Virus record (IMG/VR): IMGVR_UViG_3300042934_000519
Location: 1-64,000 of that record
DNA from: a virus
Direction: 5' to 3' (one strand)
DNA: 64,000 nt
Both the position numbers and the translations under genes were made by a program. A model generated the notes under the pieces. The model made no database searches, was not told the DNA's origin, and saw nothing but the letters and a program-made list of their open reading frames with translations. How positions within the stretch are numbered: the first letter of the stretch is position 1; each line of letters begins with the position of its first letter. This document shows, piece after piece, positions 17,581 through 28,742 of the stretch.

Positions 17581-19602
17581 ATGGAAATCGAAGAGACCAT
17601 CCAAACCGCTCATGACCGCGTCAAGCTGCTCAGAGAGAAGATCGATCACCTGAACTATCAGTACCACACCTTGAGCGTTCAAGAAGTGCCTGACCCAGTG
17701 TTCGATTCGCTTAAGCGGGAACTGGCTGAACTGGAAGTGGCGCTCTGTATCGATGATAAAGAGTCGCCTACCAAGACTGTCGGAGCGACTGCTGCGGGCA
17801 GTCACTTTGAGATCGTCAAGCACTACAGCCCCATGCTCAGTCTGGCCAACGTCTTCTCCCCCAAGGAGTTGATGGAATGGGTCCATGACACCATGGCCAT
17901 CAATGACGTGCTTCAGGAAGACCCCAAGCTTGATGGCTTGAGTCTGGACCTGGTGTACAAAGACCGCATGCTCAAACAGGCCATTACCCGTGGCGATGGC
18001 TTTGAAGGTGAGGACGTCACCGAGAACGCTGTCAACGTCTGGGGCGTGATCACCGACTTGGGTCTCTCGGCTCCAATGGGGTTGATCCAAGTGCGCGGTG
18101 AAGTGGTCGTCACCAAAGACCATTTCAACAAGATCAACGAAGAGCTGCGGTTGATTGGCAAGAAGCTGTACGCCAACCCTCGAAACTACGCTGCCGGTTC
18201 CCTGCGTCTAAAGAACTCTGACGAAGTGCTGAACCGTCGTCTGAACTTCGTGGCGTATGAAGTGGTGTTCGACAACAGCGCTGTGGACACATGGACCCTG
18301 GAACACTTGCAGGACTGGGGCTTCAATGCGGTCCCGTTCAAGACGTACAAACTCAGCGCCGAGCTGTACGCCAATGAAAGCTTCTACAACGAGTTGGTGA
18401 ACTCCGGACTTGAAGTGCGTCCTGAATGGCCATGGGAAATCGACGGTCTGGTGTACAAGGTCGCTGACCGTAAGTTGCGCGATGCCATTGGTCAGCGCAG
18501 CAGTTCACCGAAGTGGGCCACGGCGTACAAGTTCCCTGCTGAAGAAGCGGTGAGTTTCCTCTGGGAGATCCGTTGGCAAGTTGGGAAGTCCGGTGCCGTA
18601 ACACCTGTGGCGGGTATCAAGCCCGTGCGAGTGTGTGGTGTGACCGTCTCCAGTGTGAACCTGCACAACTGCGCTGAGATCGAGCGGTTGGATCTGCGTA
18701 TCGGGGACCATCTGGTCGTCACCCGTCGGGGCGATGTGATTCCGAAGATCGAATCGGTCATGAAGGATCTGCGTACGCCGGACATCGAGAATGCACTGAT
18801 TGTCTACCCCAAACATTGCCCAAGTTGTGGGTGTGAGTTGGAGCGCCATGATCACTCGATGTACTGTCCGAATAACACCGGTTGCTCTGCCCAGTCGGTA
18901 GCCCGTCTGGATCACTTTGTCAGCCGAGATGCCCTGAACATCAAGCACTTGGGTGAAGCCACACTCAAGGAGCTGGTGCGCCATGGGCTAGTGGGTTCGT
19001 TCTCATCCTTGTTCTACTTGGGGGACGAAGACCTGAAGGTGGTGCTCAAGTCGGATACGGTGCGCCGCAAGGTCCTGACCAATATCCATGCAGCCAAGAC
19101 TCAACCCTTCCGCCGTGTGTTGCTGGGCGTGGGCATTCCTGAAGTTGGGGAAGGTACCTCTGAGCGACTGGCGGTGTGGTACAAGAACTTCGGGGAGCTG
19201 TGTGAGGCTACTCAGGAGGAATTGGAACGCATCCCGGACATCGGTGAGGAAACCGCCAAATCGATCGTGGACAGCTGCATCCAGAACCGTCGTGAGTTTC
19301 TTTCTTACGACAAGCTCTTCACTTATGTAGAGGAGGATGATAGCGACCCTACGGTGGAGCGTGATCTGGAAGGCAAGCGTGTGATTGTGTCGGGCACTTC
19401 GTTCGATGGATTGTCGCGCAGCCAGATGGAAGCCAACGTCAAAGCCCGCGGTGCTAAGCTGACGTCCTCCGTCAGTCCTAACCTTGACATCCTGTTCGCA
19501 GGACCGGGTGCTGGGCCTGAAAAGATCAAGAAAGCCTTGAAGCTTGGCTTTGTCCAAGACGGCATCCAATTTATCAATCCGAAGGGGATCAGTAATGAAT
19601 AA
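17581..19602 (+). CDS. ligA: NAD-dependent DNA ligase
   Basis: KLDG active site, TRGDG, VRGEV, ANPRN, C4 zinc finger, HhH and BRCT-like tail. Confidence 0.97.
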   Translation: MEIEETIQTAHDRVKLLREKIDHLNYQYHTLSVQEVPDPVFDSLKRELAELEVALCIDDKESPTKTVGATAAGSHFEIVKHYSPMLSLANVFSPKELMEWVHDTMAINDVLQEDPKLDGLSLDLVYKDRMLKQAITRGDGFEGEDVTENAVNVWGVITDLGLSAPMGLIQVRGEVVVTKDHFNKINEELRLIGKKLYANPRNYAAGSLRLKNSDEVLNRRLNFVAYEVVFDNSAVDTWTLEHLQDWGFNAVPFKTYKLSAELYANESFYNELVNSGLEVRPEWPWEIDGLVYKVADRKLRDAIGQRSSSPKWATAYKFPAEEAVSFLWEIRWQVGKSGAVTPVAGIKPVRVCGVTVSSVNLHNCAEIERLDLRIGDHLVVTRRGDVIPKIESVMKDLRTPDIENALIVYPKHCPSCGCELERHDHSMYCPNNTGCSAQSVARLDHFVSRDALNIKHLGEATLKELVRHGLVGSFSSLFYLGDEDLKVVLKSDTVRRKVLTNIHAAKTQPFRRVLLGVGIPEVGEGTSERLAVWYKNFGELCEATQEELERIPDIGEETAKSIVDSCIQNRREFLSYDKLFTYVEEDDSDPTVERDLEGKRVIVSGTSFDGLSRSQMEANVKARGAKLTSSVSPNLDILFAGPGAGPEKIKKALKLGFVQDGIQFINPKGISNE

Positions 19603-20044
19603 GACGGTAGAAGACATCATCGGTTCTGTACCGGCCGAGTCGACTATCATCGGTTGGGGTGAGGTTCGGCTGATGCCGACCCTCTTCCGTGACATGGTGA
19701 TCTGGTGCACCAAGCACACTGAAGCGGTCAAGTTCCAGTTTGCTGTGGACATCGAGACAGCCAACTACATCAACACGGACGAGCTGTGCCCGATCGTAGT
19801 GAGCGAGAACTACCGCGCTGCTCCGCAAGACGGCAGCCGCATCGGTGCCTACGACGGCCAGGACATGCACGTCCTGGGCTTCGACAACGGCAAGCACTAC
19901 CTGGTCATGATGTGCTTGGATGACAACGACAAAGTGGTGTACGTCGCCACCTCGTTGCTCAAGGACATCGAAGCGCAGAAGAACATTCTGCCAAAGGTCA
20001 CTCCGTACAACGTCAAAGCCCTGTCGGGTAACTTCGAGGATTAA
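19595..20044 (+). CDS. Hypothetical protein
   Basis: Overlaps end of ligA; phage codon usage. Confidence 0.65.
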   Translation: MNKTVEDIIGSVPAESTIIGWGEVRLMPTLFRDMVIWCTKHTEAVKFQFAVDIETANYINTDELCPIVVSENYRAAPQDGSRIGAYDGQDMHVLGFDNGKHYLVMMCLDDNDKVVYVATSLLKDIEAQKNILPKVTPYNVKALSGNFED

Positions 20045-20046
20045 CC

Positions 20047-20736
20047 ATGCAAAACATCTATGATCTGATTTTCAGTGCTCTCAAGAACATCGAGAATCAG
20101 AACGATCCCAAGCGTCGCGGTGGCTTCAGCTTCTCTGCCCATGGCAAGTCAGCCGCACACAACCTTAAGTTCCGCTTTCAACGCGGTGACAACCCACACG
20201 GTCAACTGACTTGGACGCCAGTCTCCGGTAGCCTCGGCGCAGGCGGTAACACCGTACAAAACACCATCACTGACGAAGACATCCAGAATGTTCAAGTCCA
20301 GTGCGAGAAGGTCGAGATCAACCCGTACTGGGCAGAACGTGTGGTTCTGTTGTTCAAGGCCATGCAAAGTCTCGGTCTGTTGATGCCGACCTTTCAGGTA
20401 CAAGGCTACCATCCGTCGTGGCGCTCTGGCGGTGGTTACGCCCTGAAGGTCAAGGGCTGGCTGCACAGCGAAGAAGGCGCGCCTCTGGGTGAGCTGGAAC
20501 TCGAAGTGCACGCTTTCCCGATGGGTCAGTACGAGAAGAGCGCCCACCTCTTGGAAAAGGCACAAGCGGCCCGGCAAACCCGCCCACTGGACCGTCAACA
20601 GATTGACGAAGCGGCTCGCGCTGCTGTGCCTCTGGGCATCGCTGAAAAGCAAGACGTCGTGGTGCTGGGGAGCAGCCATAACTCGCTGACCTCTCTGGCA
20701 CGCAGCGGCGGTATCGGACACATTCCCAACGCCTAA
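20047..20736 (+). CDS. Hypothetical protein
   Basis: GAGG RBS; operonic. Confidence 0.65.
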   Translation: MQNIYDLIFSALKNIENQNDPKRRGGFSFSAHGKSAAHNLKFRFQRGDNPHGQLTWTPVSGSLGAGGNTVQNTITDEDIQNVQVQCEKVEINPYWAERVVLLFKAMQSLGLLMPTFQVQGYHPSWRSGGGYALKVKGWLHSEEGAPLGELELEVHAFPMGQYEKSAHLLEKAQAARQTRPLDRQQIDEAARAAVPLGIAEKQDVVVLGSSHNSLTSLARSGGIGHIPNA

Positions 20737-20769
20737 CACACACTAACCATTTTACTGAGGAGTAAAGTA

Positions 20770-21312
20770 ATGCCAACGCGTCATGCGATCTTCGCGCAGT
20801 CATTGTTCGGGTACATCGGCAAACGGGGTAACCATCCGCTTCTCTGGAAGCTTAAAGGTGACCTGCCTCGTTTCAAAGCCCTGACTGACGGCGCTGCCAT
20901 TATCATGGGGCGTCACACGATGGACAGTCTGCCCGGACTGCTGCCCAACCGCTTCCACATTGTCGTGTCTCGTACACTGGCACCAGGGTTGGATGGTGAT
21001 CAAAATGTCGCAGTGGTCAGTTCGTTGGATCAAGCGTTTGCTCTGGCAAGCGAATACGGTTACGAAGATCAATTCGTGATCGGCGGTGGGGACCTGCTCA
21101 ATGAAGCGATCCCTTACTGCCACAAGATCCATCGTACAGTTGTGTTGGAGCGTGAACCCATCGACGGCGACATGTCGATGGTCGCTTTACCGATGAAACC
21201 CCCGCACTGGGGGCGCTTCACCATGGATTCAATCGAAGAACACCATGACGACGAAACCGGCGGTTATGACTTCGAAGTGTACACCCAACCTGAGCCTCTT
21301 CAACCCAAGTAA
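20770..21312 (+). CDS. folA: Dihydrofolate reductase
   Basis: IG...LLWKL.GDL.RFK..T, IIMGRHT, LPNR, VIGGG motifs. Confidence 0.92.
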   Translation: MPTRHAIFAQSLFGYIGKRGNHPLLWKLKGDLPRFKALTDGAAIIMGRHTMDSLPGLLPNRFHIVVSRTLAPGLDGDQNVAVVSSLDQAFALASEYGYEDQFVIGGGDLLNEAIPYCHKIHRTVVLEREPIDGDMSMVALPMKPPHWGRFTMDSIEEHHDDETGGYDFEVYTQPEPLQPK

Positions 21313-21324
21313 GGAACATCAATC

Positions 21325-21681
21325 GTGAAACGCATTGCTCTCTTCTGTGCCTTATTGAGCCTCGCTGCAACTTCCCATGCAACAACCGCAGCAAAGCCCA
21401 CCAAGGTCTTTATCATGACGGCGCAACACTGTGACCTGTTTCAAGAAGGCACGGCCCGCATGGTGAAACAGAACCGTGAGGGTATGAGTCTGGAAGCGTC
21501 AAAGTTCAGCATCGAGAACGAATACCTGACCGGCCCTAACAAGCTGGTCTATTCGCAGATCAAACCCTATCTCTACGCTGTCACGGATGAATACTACGAC
21601 AACCAGTCTCTGGCGGAAATCGATTACGCTTCGGTGATCGGTCGTAACTGTCGGGACATGATCGGCCGTACGGCTCAGTGA
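21325..21681 (+). CDS. Signal-peptide-bearing hypothetical protein
   Basis: MKRIALFCALLSLAATSHA signal-like N-terminus. Confidence 0.65.
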   Translation: MKRIALFCALLSLAATSHATTAAKPTKVFIMTAQHCDLFQEGTARMVKQNREGMSLEASKFSIENEYLTGPNKLVYSQIKPYLYAVTDEYYDNQSLAEIDYASVIGRNCRDMIGRTAQ

Positions 21682-21778
21682 GTACATACACAGCCAGGGC
21701 ACGTGCCCTGGCTGTGTATGCCTTCTTTTTTCTTTCGAATACTATGTTGAGGACTTCGCACACACAGGAACTATTAAC

Positions 21779-22225
21779 ATGTCGGCACTGACAGATTACA
21801 ATGCTAAGCTGCGCCAGCTCTCAGAGTCGATCCGGCTCAAGATCGCTGGCAAGCTGGGCAAAACCGAACAAGCAGCAGACTCGGCCAAGTTGGGCGGGAA
21901 ATCCCTGACTGATCTCTACGCCATTTTCAACATCAAAGATTATCAAGTAGCCAGTGAATACATCACGGTTGCAGCAGATGGTGTCAAACAGTACGACCTT
22001 CAGACTCTGATGACGGCGGCTGTCTTTGCCACCTTCGACATCAAGACCGTCGAGATTCTGGTTCGCGCCAAGGACACCACCGCCTCCTCTCCGTTGTTCA
22101 ACGCTTACGCTAACGCTGAAGCCTTGGTCACTTACGGGATCAAAGATGAGCGCTATGTGATCATCGCCAACCAGTCCGGTGCGTCTATCGACTTGTACGT
22201 GAAGATTCGCGTGCAGCCCAAATAA
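21779..22225 (+). CDS. Tail-fibre-related structural protein (KLGKTEQAADS repeat)
   Basis: Shares repeat with 47701-49599; TATG upstream. Confidence 0.65.
   Translation: MSALTDYNAKLRQLSESIRLKIAGKLGKTEQAADSAKLGGKSLTDLYAIFNIKDYQVASEYITVAADGVKQYDLQTLMTAAVFATFDIKTVEILVRAKDTTASSPLFNAYANAEALVTYGIKDERYVIIANQSGASIDLYVKIRVQPK
21850..21885 (+). repeat. 36-bp inverted repeat, copy 1
   Basis: CAAGCTGGGCAAAACCGAACAAGCAGCAGACTCGGC is the exact reverse complement of 47933-47968. Confidence 0.9.
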
Positions 22226-22235
22226 GGACTGAGTC

Positions 22236-24797
22236 ATGGCCGATATCTCCTTTGACGTCGCAGAGGGTTATTACCTTTCGCCGTTCACAGCCAAGATGAT
22301 TCTGAGCGGGAACGTTCAGAGCCTGCAATTTAGCGTTAACGGTGCTCCTCCATCGATCTCCAAGTACGTCGCGTATGACCAACTCACTCCGCCTAACCCG
22401 TTCATTGCGGTTACGCAAGATGGGACAGGGAACGTGGTGTATGACGGCGGGTTCCCCAAGTTCTACAACAACGTTGCACCTACTGCGGGGATCAACGCAT
22501 CGATCTCCATGGAGTTCAGTGCCAAGTGCGTCGGTGTAGCAGCCGGGACCAATGCGTACTACTACAACGCCTTCAACGACCTGAACGTGACCTTGGCCAT
22601 TGGCGACAAACTCGTCTATGACATGTGGCAGAACAGTGTCGATTGCCAGACCGGTATTGACGGTGTGACAGCGGACTCGGCGGACCTTGCTACTTATTCA
22701 TTGCGCGACTGGGGCCGCACCACACCCGGTGTAGGCGGTGGGCAGATCAAGGATCAGAACGGACTGAGCAGTCACCCTGGAACCAACTTGGGGACACGCG
22801 CGGTCAACCAATGGTACCACCGTGAATTTGACCTGACCCCAGCGGCAGGGCACAAGTTCATTCGATGGTCCATGGCAATGGAAGGTGAGACACCGGGCGA
22901 CTTCTACGCTCGTTACCGTGACGTCTACATTCTGGACAAGAACGGAGCGATCAAAGCGACGCTGTTTAAAGACACGCTCAAATTACCGGGTAACTCGTCG
23001 ACTGAAGCCGGTGCCTCAGGCTACACCAACTTGGCCAAGTCGATCTACGACCCGCGAGGTCAGTTGTCGGCATCGTTTAAGTACTTGTACAACGCGATCA
23101 TCTGGACGGCTAACCAGAAGAAACTGGCTGCCGGTAATCGCAAAGTGCTGGTGCTGGGCGACGGTACTGTGAACTACCGGATCAAGGGCACGGGACCCAA
23201 TGACTTCAACACCAGTTTGGTGCGGTTGTTTGCAGCGGTTGGGTTCACCCCGACATTCAAGGATGTAACTGATTACACTGGTGGTAAACTGGATGAATCA
23301 GCAGCCAGTCTGGATCAGTACGTCTGTGTGCTTTTCATGTCCACTGCGAACGGCACCACTGGGTACTTCACCGATGCCTGTGTTCAAGCGTTGGTCAATT
23401 ACCGAGAAGCAGGGAACGGTCTGATTATTGTGACTGACCACGGTCCGGTGATCACGGACATTGCTAACGCGTATCCCTTTACCGAAGGCAACGCATTCTT
23501 CGCCTCGGCTAACCAGTTGATCAAGAACTTCGGTGCTTACTTCTCTGGCAACTACGACCGTACACCGGTCAACGTAGGTTTCCTGCGTTCAACGTACGGG
23601 GATCACCCCCTGTATGCAGGGATGACCAACGATGAGAGTATCGCCGCAGGTCCTTCTGAAAGCCGGGTGCAAGTGGCGGTGTATCCTACGGTATTGCCGG
23701 GGGATGTCCAACCGTTCAACATCGGCAATGGCAAGACGGTCATTCAAGTCACCGCAGTGCTCAAGTCAGGGGAAATCATCCCTTTCAAGATCACGTACAA
23801 CGTTGTGAACTTCAAGCTGTCGATCAGCGATGGAACACAGTCGGCTGACAACGGACAGAAGCTCAACGTCGGTGTCAAGAACCAGTCGCTCATCAATGTC
23901 GTGCTCACCGGTAACCCCGGTGTAAACGCATCGGGCACCGTACTGAAAAACGGCGTCAAGGTCGGGTCCATTGCCATTACGGCAGCAGGGGTGCTGAGTC
24001 AGCTCTGGGACAGTGGAGGCCAAGGGGCAGTGGCTGTGCAAGGAGGTGATACCTTCAGCGCCGTGATCACCACACCAGTCTCTTTGACCACGGTCATCAC
24101 GATCACCCGTTTCCAGCCTTCGATTAAAGGTAAGCGCAGTCTGGCAGAGGTCATGAAGACCCTGCGAGCGTACAAGCCAACACAGACCCCGATCAAGAAC
24201 GTCATCGCCATCATTGGTGAGATTGCCTCGGTCGTGCCTTGGTTGGGGCTCAAACCTTCGCTGAACATGCCCACCAACCTGAAACTGATCGGTGACTACT
24301 TCCTTAACCAAGGATTGGCTGCACTGGTCTTGCCGAATGCGGGTAGTAAACCGTATGACGCCAACGCTCGGCCATGGGCGGCAAGTGGGGCGTACGCGTT
24401 GTGGAAACCGGCCAACCCTGTTAACGGGACGCCAGTGGACTTTGGCTACTTGATGTTCTCCCCGGTCTACGGAACGGAATTGGTACCGGGTAACTTCAAG
24501 CTGGACTACTACGCCAACCTGTACATCCCGGCAGGGACATACCGGCTGTTTGCACAGGCTGATGATATCTTTGACTTCTATCTGGACGGGTTGCAGTACA
24601 CCCAGATCGGTGCTCAAGGCGAAGCCACGATCGTCATCCCTGAAAGCCGTTACTACGCTGCAAAGGTGTCCAACACCAATATCCCAGCCGATACCCCGTC
24701 GTATTGGACGTTTGCCATGGTCAACATGACAACGGGCGAAGTCGTCATTCGCCCTGCTCCTGGGGTCTGGAAGACCCAAGAGTACAGCGCTTCGTAA
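22236..24797 (+). CDS. Large virion structural/tail protein with putative carbohydrate-binding modules
   Basis: 853 aa, Gly/Thr/Asn-rich; C-terminal GTYRLFAQADD..FYLDG resembles PA14-like fold. Confidence 0.65.
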   Translation: MADISFDVAEGYYLSPFTAKMILSGNVQSLQFSVNGAPPSISKYVAYDQLTPPNPFIAVTQDGTGNVVYDGGFPKFYNNVAPTAGINASISMEFSAKCVGVAAGTNAYYYNAFNDLNVTLAIGDKLVYDMWQNSVDCQTGIDGVTADSADLATYSLRDWGRTTPGVGGGQIKDQNGLSSHPGTNLGTRAVNQWYHREFDLTPAAGHKFIRWSMAMEGETPGDFYARYRDVYILDKNGAIKATLFKDTLKLPGNSSTEAGASGYTNLAKSIYDPRGQLSASFKYLYNAIIWTANQKKLAAGNRKVLVLGDGTVNYRIKGTGPNDFNTSLVRLFAAVGFTPTFKDVTDYTGGKLDESAASLDQYVCVLFMSTANGTTGYFTDACVQALVNYREAGNGLIIVTDHGPVITDIANAYPFTEGNAFFASANQLIKNFGAYFSGNYDRTPVNVGFLRSTYGDHPLYAGMTNDESIAAGPSESRVQVAVYPTVLPGDVQPFNIGNGKTVIQVTAVLKSGEIIPFKITYNVVNFKLSISDGTQSADNGQKLNVGVKNQSLINVVLTGNPGVNASGTVLKNGVKVGSIAITAAGVLSQLWDSGGQGAVAVQGGDTFSAVITTPVSLTTVITITRFQPSIKGKRSLAEVMKTLRAYKPTQTPIKNVIAIIGEIASVVPWLGLKPSLNMPTNLKLIGDYFLNQGLAALVLPNAGSKPYDANARPWAASGAYALWKPANPVNGTPVDFGYLMFSPVYGTELVPGNFKLDYYANLYIPAGTYRLFAQADDIFDFYLDGLQYTQIGAQGEATIVIPESRYYAAKVSNTNIPADTPSYWTFAMVNMTTGEVVIRPAPGVWKTQEYSAS

Positions 24798-24958
24798 TAA
24801 GCAAGGCAGAGGACCTTCGGGTCCTCTGTTTATGCCGTCTATTGAAAAACAATGAGGTCCTACATTACTAACGTGAAGGTGGTCACTTCAAGTCGTCTTT
24901 TAAAGAAATACCTGATCGTATTCTTATACGCCCCTTAACCTTTGTAGGAACTCAACCC

Positions 24959-26398
24959 ATGAAATTCCGTGAACACCGCGGCAGTCTCGATGACTCGATG
25001 AGAACGTCGGTCGAACTGGGCAATCATTTTGCCGACCTCTGCAATCACCTTCGTATTCTGCAAGGCGGAGAAGGCAACGCGTTGCCAGTGATTTACCGCA
25101 ATGACCAGATCATGTTCAAAGTGGCTGGTGGGCCCGACGCCCGTATCGGTTGGGAAGGTTCAGTCTACGTCATCCTCGACGGACATGGCGTACTTGGCAT
25201 GGTAGACCGCATTCCGGAAGGCACTCCAGCTGTTCAAGTACTGCCTTCCGTTGACGCAGGTGTTGCCATGTTGGCAGCGCAGAACGAGTACAAAGCAGAT
25301 GAGCATGTAGGTGACACGCAAAAGCATTACTTCACAACGGCGGGCGGTGAAGCATCGCTGAACGATTTGATTGCACTTGCAGGAGCAACGACTACCCGTG
25401 CCGACGTCCCACTCATCCACGCTACTGGATCTCGGGAGCCTGAACATTACGACTCCGTTGTATCGGCTCTTCCTCAGTTGGAATCCACGCCGCTCGCCAA
25501 TGGGCAGCATGAGACCTTCAATGGTGCAGAGTGGCTCAAGAAGCTACGTGATATGGTTGCCAACGAAGACAACGACCAGGCACTCGTCTTCATCGACAGC
25601 TTGAGTTCAGCCACGGCGCAGACAATAACCCCTCCTGCAAAAGTCGAACCCGGTCAAGGGGCAGCTGCCTTTGCCAAGCTCGAAGATTGGGCTGAAGACT
25701 TCGGTCATCCTGACTTCCAGTCGTGGGTTCAGTCTCTGCCGCCTCACATCGTGTCTCAGTGGAAACAGGCCGACGCCGGTATGGTTATCGTCCCAGACGC
25801 TGAGCACATGACAGAAGCGATGGTGGATGCTTCTCGTGGGCTTCATCTGTATTACATGGAAGCCGGTAGTGGCGTACGTTGCGATCACATGCGCAAGCAC
25901 TTGGATCGTTACGCGCCATGGGCTTCAAAGCACTACCCGCAATGGTTCCGTGAAGACATGGGTCACCTGACCAAAGCCGGGCGGGCCCAGATCGCTCACG
26001 CGTTGACCATTGGCGCGTATTTCGACCCGGATGCACGCGCTGAGTACTTTGCCGAAGCGCGTGAACAGAAAGGTCGTATCTGGGACAACCCTCTGCATCA
26101 GCGAGTGCGGATCACCTTCAAGCCCATCGTCATGGGCGAACTGTTTGAAGGCGGTGGCTTCGTGGTATACAAACGCTTCATGGACGGTGCACAGGTAGGC
26201 GAGAACAAGTTCCTGATCACCCTTAACCGCAGCGACCTGCCAAAAGAACATCGCAAGAAGTTCAAGCAGACGGCGGTGGGTGTCTTCATGTCTTTGGAAA
26301 ACGAAGGCCGTGAAGTGGTGTTCGGCGAAGTGCTGGTCTACCCGAAACTGGAAAGCAGCACCTTCCAAGTGACCCCCAACATGGCGAGTCGTTTCTGA
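24959..26398 (+). CDS. Hypothetical protein
   Basis: 479-aa ORF, AGGA RBS, TACATTAC upstream. Confidence 0.75.
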   Translation: MKFREHRGSLDDSMRTSVELGNHFADLCNHLRILQGGEGNALPVIYRNDQIMFKVAGGPDARIGWEGSVYVILDGHGVLGMVDRIPEGTPAVQVLPSVDAGVAMLAAQNEYKADEHVGDTQKHYFTTAGGEASLNDLIALAGATTTRADVPLIHATGSREPEHYDSVVSALPQLESTPLANGQHETFNGAEWLKKLRDMVANEDNDQALVFIDSLSSATAQTITPPAKVEPGQGAAAFAKLEDWAEDFGHPDFQSWVQSLPPHIVSQWKQADAGMVIVPDAEHMTEAMVDASRGLHLYYMEAGSGVRCDHMRKHLDRYAPWASKHYPQWFREDMGHLTKAGRAQIAHALTIGAYFDPDARAEYFAEAREQKGRIWDNPLHQRVRITFKPIVMGELFEGGGFVVYKRFMDGAQVGENKFLITLNRSDLPKEHRKKFKQTAVGVFMSLENEGREVVFGEVLVYPKLESSTFQVTPNMASRF

Positions 26399-26697
26399 TG
26401 CGCTTTCTCTGGGAGTTCATTGGGACAGGTGCCTGGGTGTTCTTCACGTTGGCGGTGATCTACCTGGTCGCGTTCTGGTTTGATCGTCACTTGCTAAGGC
26501 TGGGTTGGCAAGCCGTCATGCTGATGATGCTCACCCTGTTGGTGATCGTCGGTACGGTCGATTGGTTGCTCATCTTGGACAACCTCAGTGAGAACCTGCG
26601 CTTCACAGCCACCTGCTTTCATCTGACCCTAATGATGATCGTCTCCATCAAACACCAAACCCTGCAAGAATACATCGGCTACCCATTTAAGCGGTAA
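26398..26697 (+). CDS. Membrane protein (about 3 TM)
   Basis: Hydrophobic; TGATG overlap with upstream gene. Confidence 0.65.
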   Translation: MRFLWEFIGTGAWVFFTLAVIYLVAFWFDRHLLRLGWQAVMLMMLTLLVIVGTVDWLLILDNLSENLRFTATCFHLTLMMIVSIKHQTLQEYIGYPFKR

Positions 26698-26703
26698 AAA
26701 GAA

Positions 26704-26820
26704 ATGCCACCTGTTAATGGTGTGAAATTCACCCACATTCAAACCAAATACCGTCTGAAGAAACCTACACTCTTCAGGCGGTTACTGAATTCAATCAAGA
26801 AGAAGGCGGAGCGTAAGTAA
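26704..26820 (+). CDS. Small basic peptide (38 aa)
   Basis: MPPVNGVKF...KKKAERK; TAATG overlap with next gene; weak RBS. Confidence 0.35.
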   Translation: MPPVNGVKFTHIQTKYRLKKPTLFRRLLNSIKKKAERK

Positions 26821-28742
26821 TGGAATATATCGTGAACTACGATAAAACCCTGGACGAACTCAAGGCAGCGGCAGAAGAACTGCTGACCGGTCCTCTGGGT
26901 CTGGGTCATCTGTACCAGATTCAAGACCGCAAGAAGCTGTTCCCCAAGTACCTGCACGCCATCGCGAACATCGCAGCCACCGTGCTGGGTGACGAGAAGG
27001 GTGAACTGCGCCAGTCTCTGAACTGCTCGCAGTGCCATCGCTTCATGTCCCGCGTGGGTGGTGTCGTTTACATGAACGGCAACAAGACTGTATCGGTCTA
27101 CTGGAACCCTGACGTCGTGACTGACCCGGTCATGAAGCAGGTCGTGGCTGAGTTGAAGAAGTGGGTCGAATCGTCCCGCGTTCACAACCTGTTCGACCCT
27201 GAAGGGGCGTACGCTCACTACACTGAGCACACCCACAACACTCAGGACCGTCGCCACTTCTTCATCGCGCCCGAGCAACTGGTTCCACGCAGCTCGGTGA
27301 ACGGCATCAAACTGTCCATGCCGCACAAAGGCACGTTCTTCGGCCGCATGCACGCCCTGATCGACTTCGCGCAGACCATCACCCTGCCGACACTGATGAC
27401 TGTGGACCAATGGTTCCAGACCAAGCTGCTGACCCCGGCCGGTGATTCTGTCACCACCATGAAGGCGCTGAAGAACCTGTTGACCTCGCTGGCCACCATC
27501 AAGAACCAGCCGGATTATCTGGGCCTGAAAACCTTCGACAAAGAAACCACGCTGGTCAACCTGCTGTGGCGTTACGCGTTGACGGACAGCAACCTGCTGA
27601 CGGCCAAGAACTCCTCGTTGGGTGAGCTGCTGACCCGCCTTCAGGCCTTCAACGATGGCAAGCGTGCAGACGACTCCATCGCCAAGATCCAGGCCGCCTA
27701 CAAGGATCAAACCAGCGCCATCAAGTACCAGCGCACAGTGGCTCCTGCTTCGGTCAACCAGATCGAGAAGACCATGATAGCGCTGGAAGAAGGCGATTGG
27801 CTGCGTTCGATGGAACAGCAAGAAGCGCTGGAAGCTGAACTGCCTGCGGTCTGGGTGTCGAAGGCTCCGTACAGCGAAGAAGCTCCGGTGCAAGAAGCCG
27901 AAGAAGAAACGTCGTTCGCGGCATTCGCTGCCAAAGCCAAAACCGGTGAAGGCAAGAAGTCCGGTGGCGTCTTGACGGCCACTGGCCTGACTGACGTGGG
28001 TTACTTCTTCAACGAGATCATGCCGAACGCTGAGTCGATCGCCATTGTCTTGGGCCAGAACAACCAGATGAAGCCGACCTTCATCAACCGCATGAAGCAC
28101 CTGGATGCCAAGCCTATCTTCCGCTGGGACAGCGCCGAAAAGCCAGGCAAGTTCATCCTGTTCGGCTACGAGCATCCGTTCCAAGTGCCGGAGCTGGTGA
28201 CCAAAGACGTACCGACCCAGAACAACCAGTTCTTCGTCAACGTCCTATCCATCACCACCCCGATCGTCATCGGCGTCGAGTTCTCTGAAAAGAGCAAAGA
28301 GCCGATCATGTTCAACCTCGGCGGTTTCCGTGCACCGATCCCTTCTCGCCCGGCGCTGTTTGCTGATGCGATCAAAGGCGAACTGTACGACCACCGTCGT
28401 GCGATCGAGGACTACTCCAAGAACACCCAGCTCAAAGTGCCGACCGAACAACCAGCGGTGGCTTTCATGTTGGGCGCTCGTTCCCCTCACCAATCGGCCC
28501 AGAGCATCCCTGGCCTGGAAGTGCGCGTCAAGTTCACCCCGGAATACGCGGCCATCATCGGTGCGGAATTCGGCGTGTACAAGATCGACCTGAAAGGCTA
28601 TATCGTTGAGCCAGAAATCAGCAAGTTCGAAGTGCTGCGTCCGCTCGGCGTGCCAACTCCTGCTCCAGCGCCTGTTCCTGAGGCAGCAGCAGAACTGGCT
28701 TCGCCTGCTATCCAACACTCCGAAGGCGCTGACCTTCAGTAA
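26820..28742 (+). CDS. Conserved jumbo-phage hypothetical (NCSQC motif)
   Basis: 640 aa, strong codon bias, GGAG RBS. Confidence 0.8.
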   Translation: MEYIVNYDKTLDELKAAAEELLTGPLGLGHLYQIQDRKKLFPKYLHAIANIAATVLGDEKGELRQSLNCSQCHRFMSRVGGVVYMNGNKTVSVYWNPDVVTDPVMKQVVAELKKWVESSRVHNLFDPEGAYAHYTEHTHNTQDRRHFFIAPEQLVPRSSVNGIKLSMPHKGTFFGRMHALIDFAQTITLPTLMTVDQWFQTKLLTPAGDSVTTMKALKNLLTSLATIKNQPDYLGLKTFDKETTLVNLLWRYALTDSNLLTAKNSSLGELLTRLQAFNDGKRADDSIAKIQAAYKDQTSAIKYQRTVAPASVNQIEKTMIALEEGDWLRSMEQQEALEAELPAVWVSKAPYSEEAPVQEAEEETSFAAFAAKAKTGEGKKSGGVLTATGLTDVGYFFNEIMPNAESIAIVLGQNNQMKPTFINRMKHLDAKPIFRWDSAEKPGKFILFGYEHPFQVPELVTKDVPTQNNQFFVNVLSITTPIVIGVEFSEKSKEPIMFNLGGFRAPIPSRPALFADAIKGELYDHRRAIEDYSKNTQLKVPTEQPAVAFMLGARSPHQSAQSIPGLEVRVKFTPEYAAIIGAEFGVYKIDLKGYIVEPEISKFEVLRPLGVPTPAPAPVPEAAAELASPAIQHSEGADLQ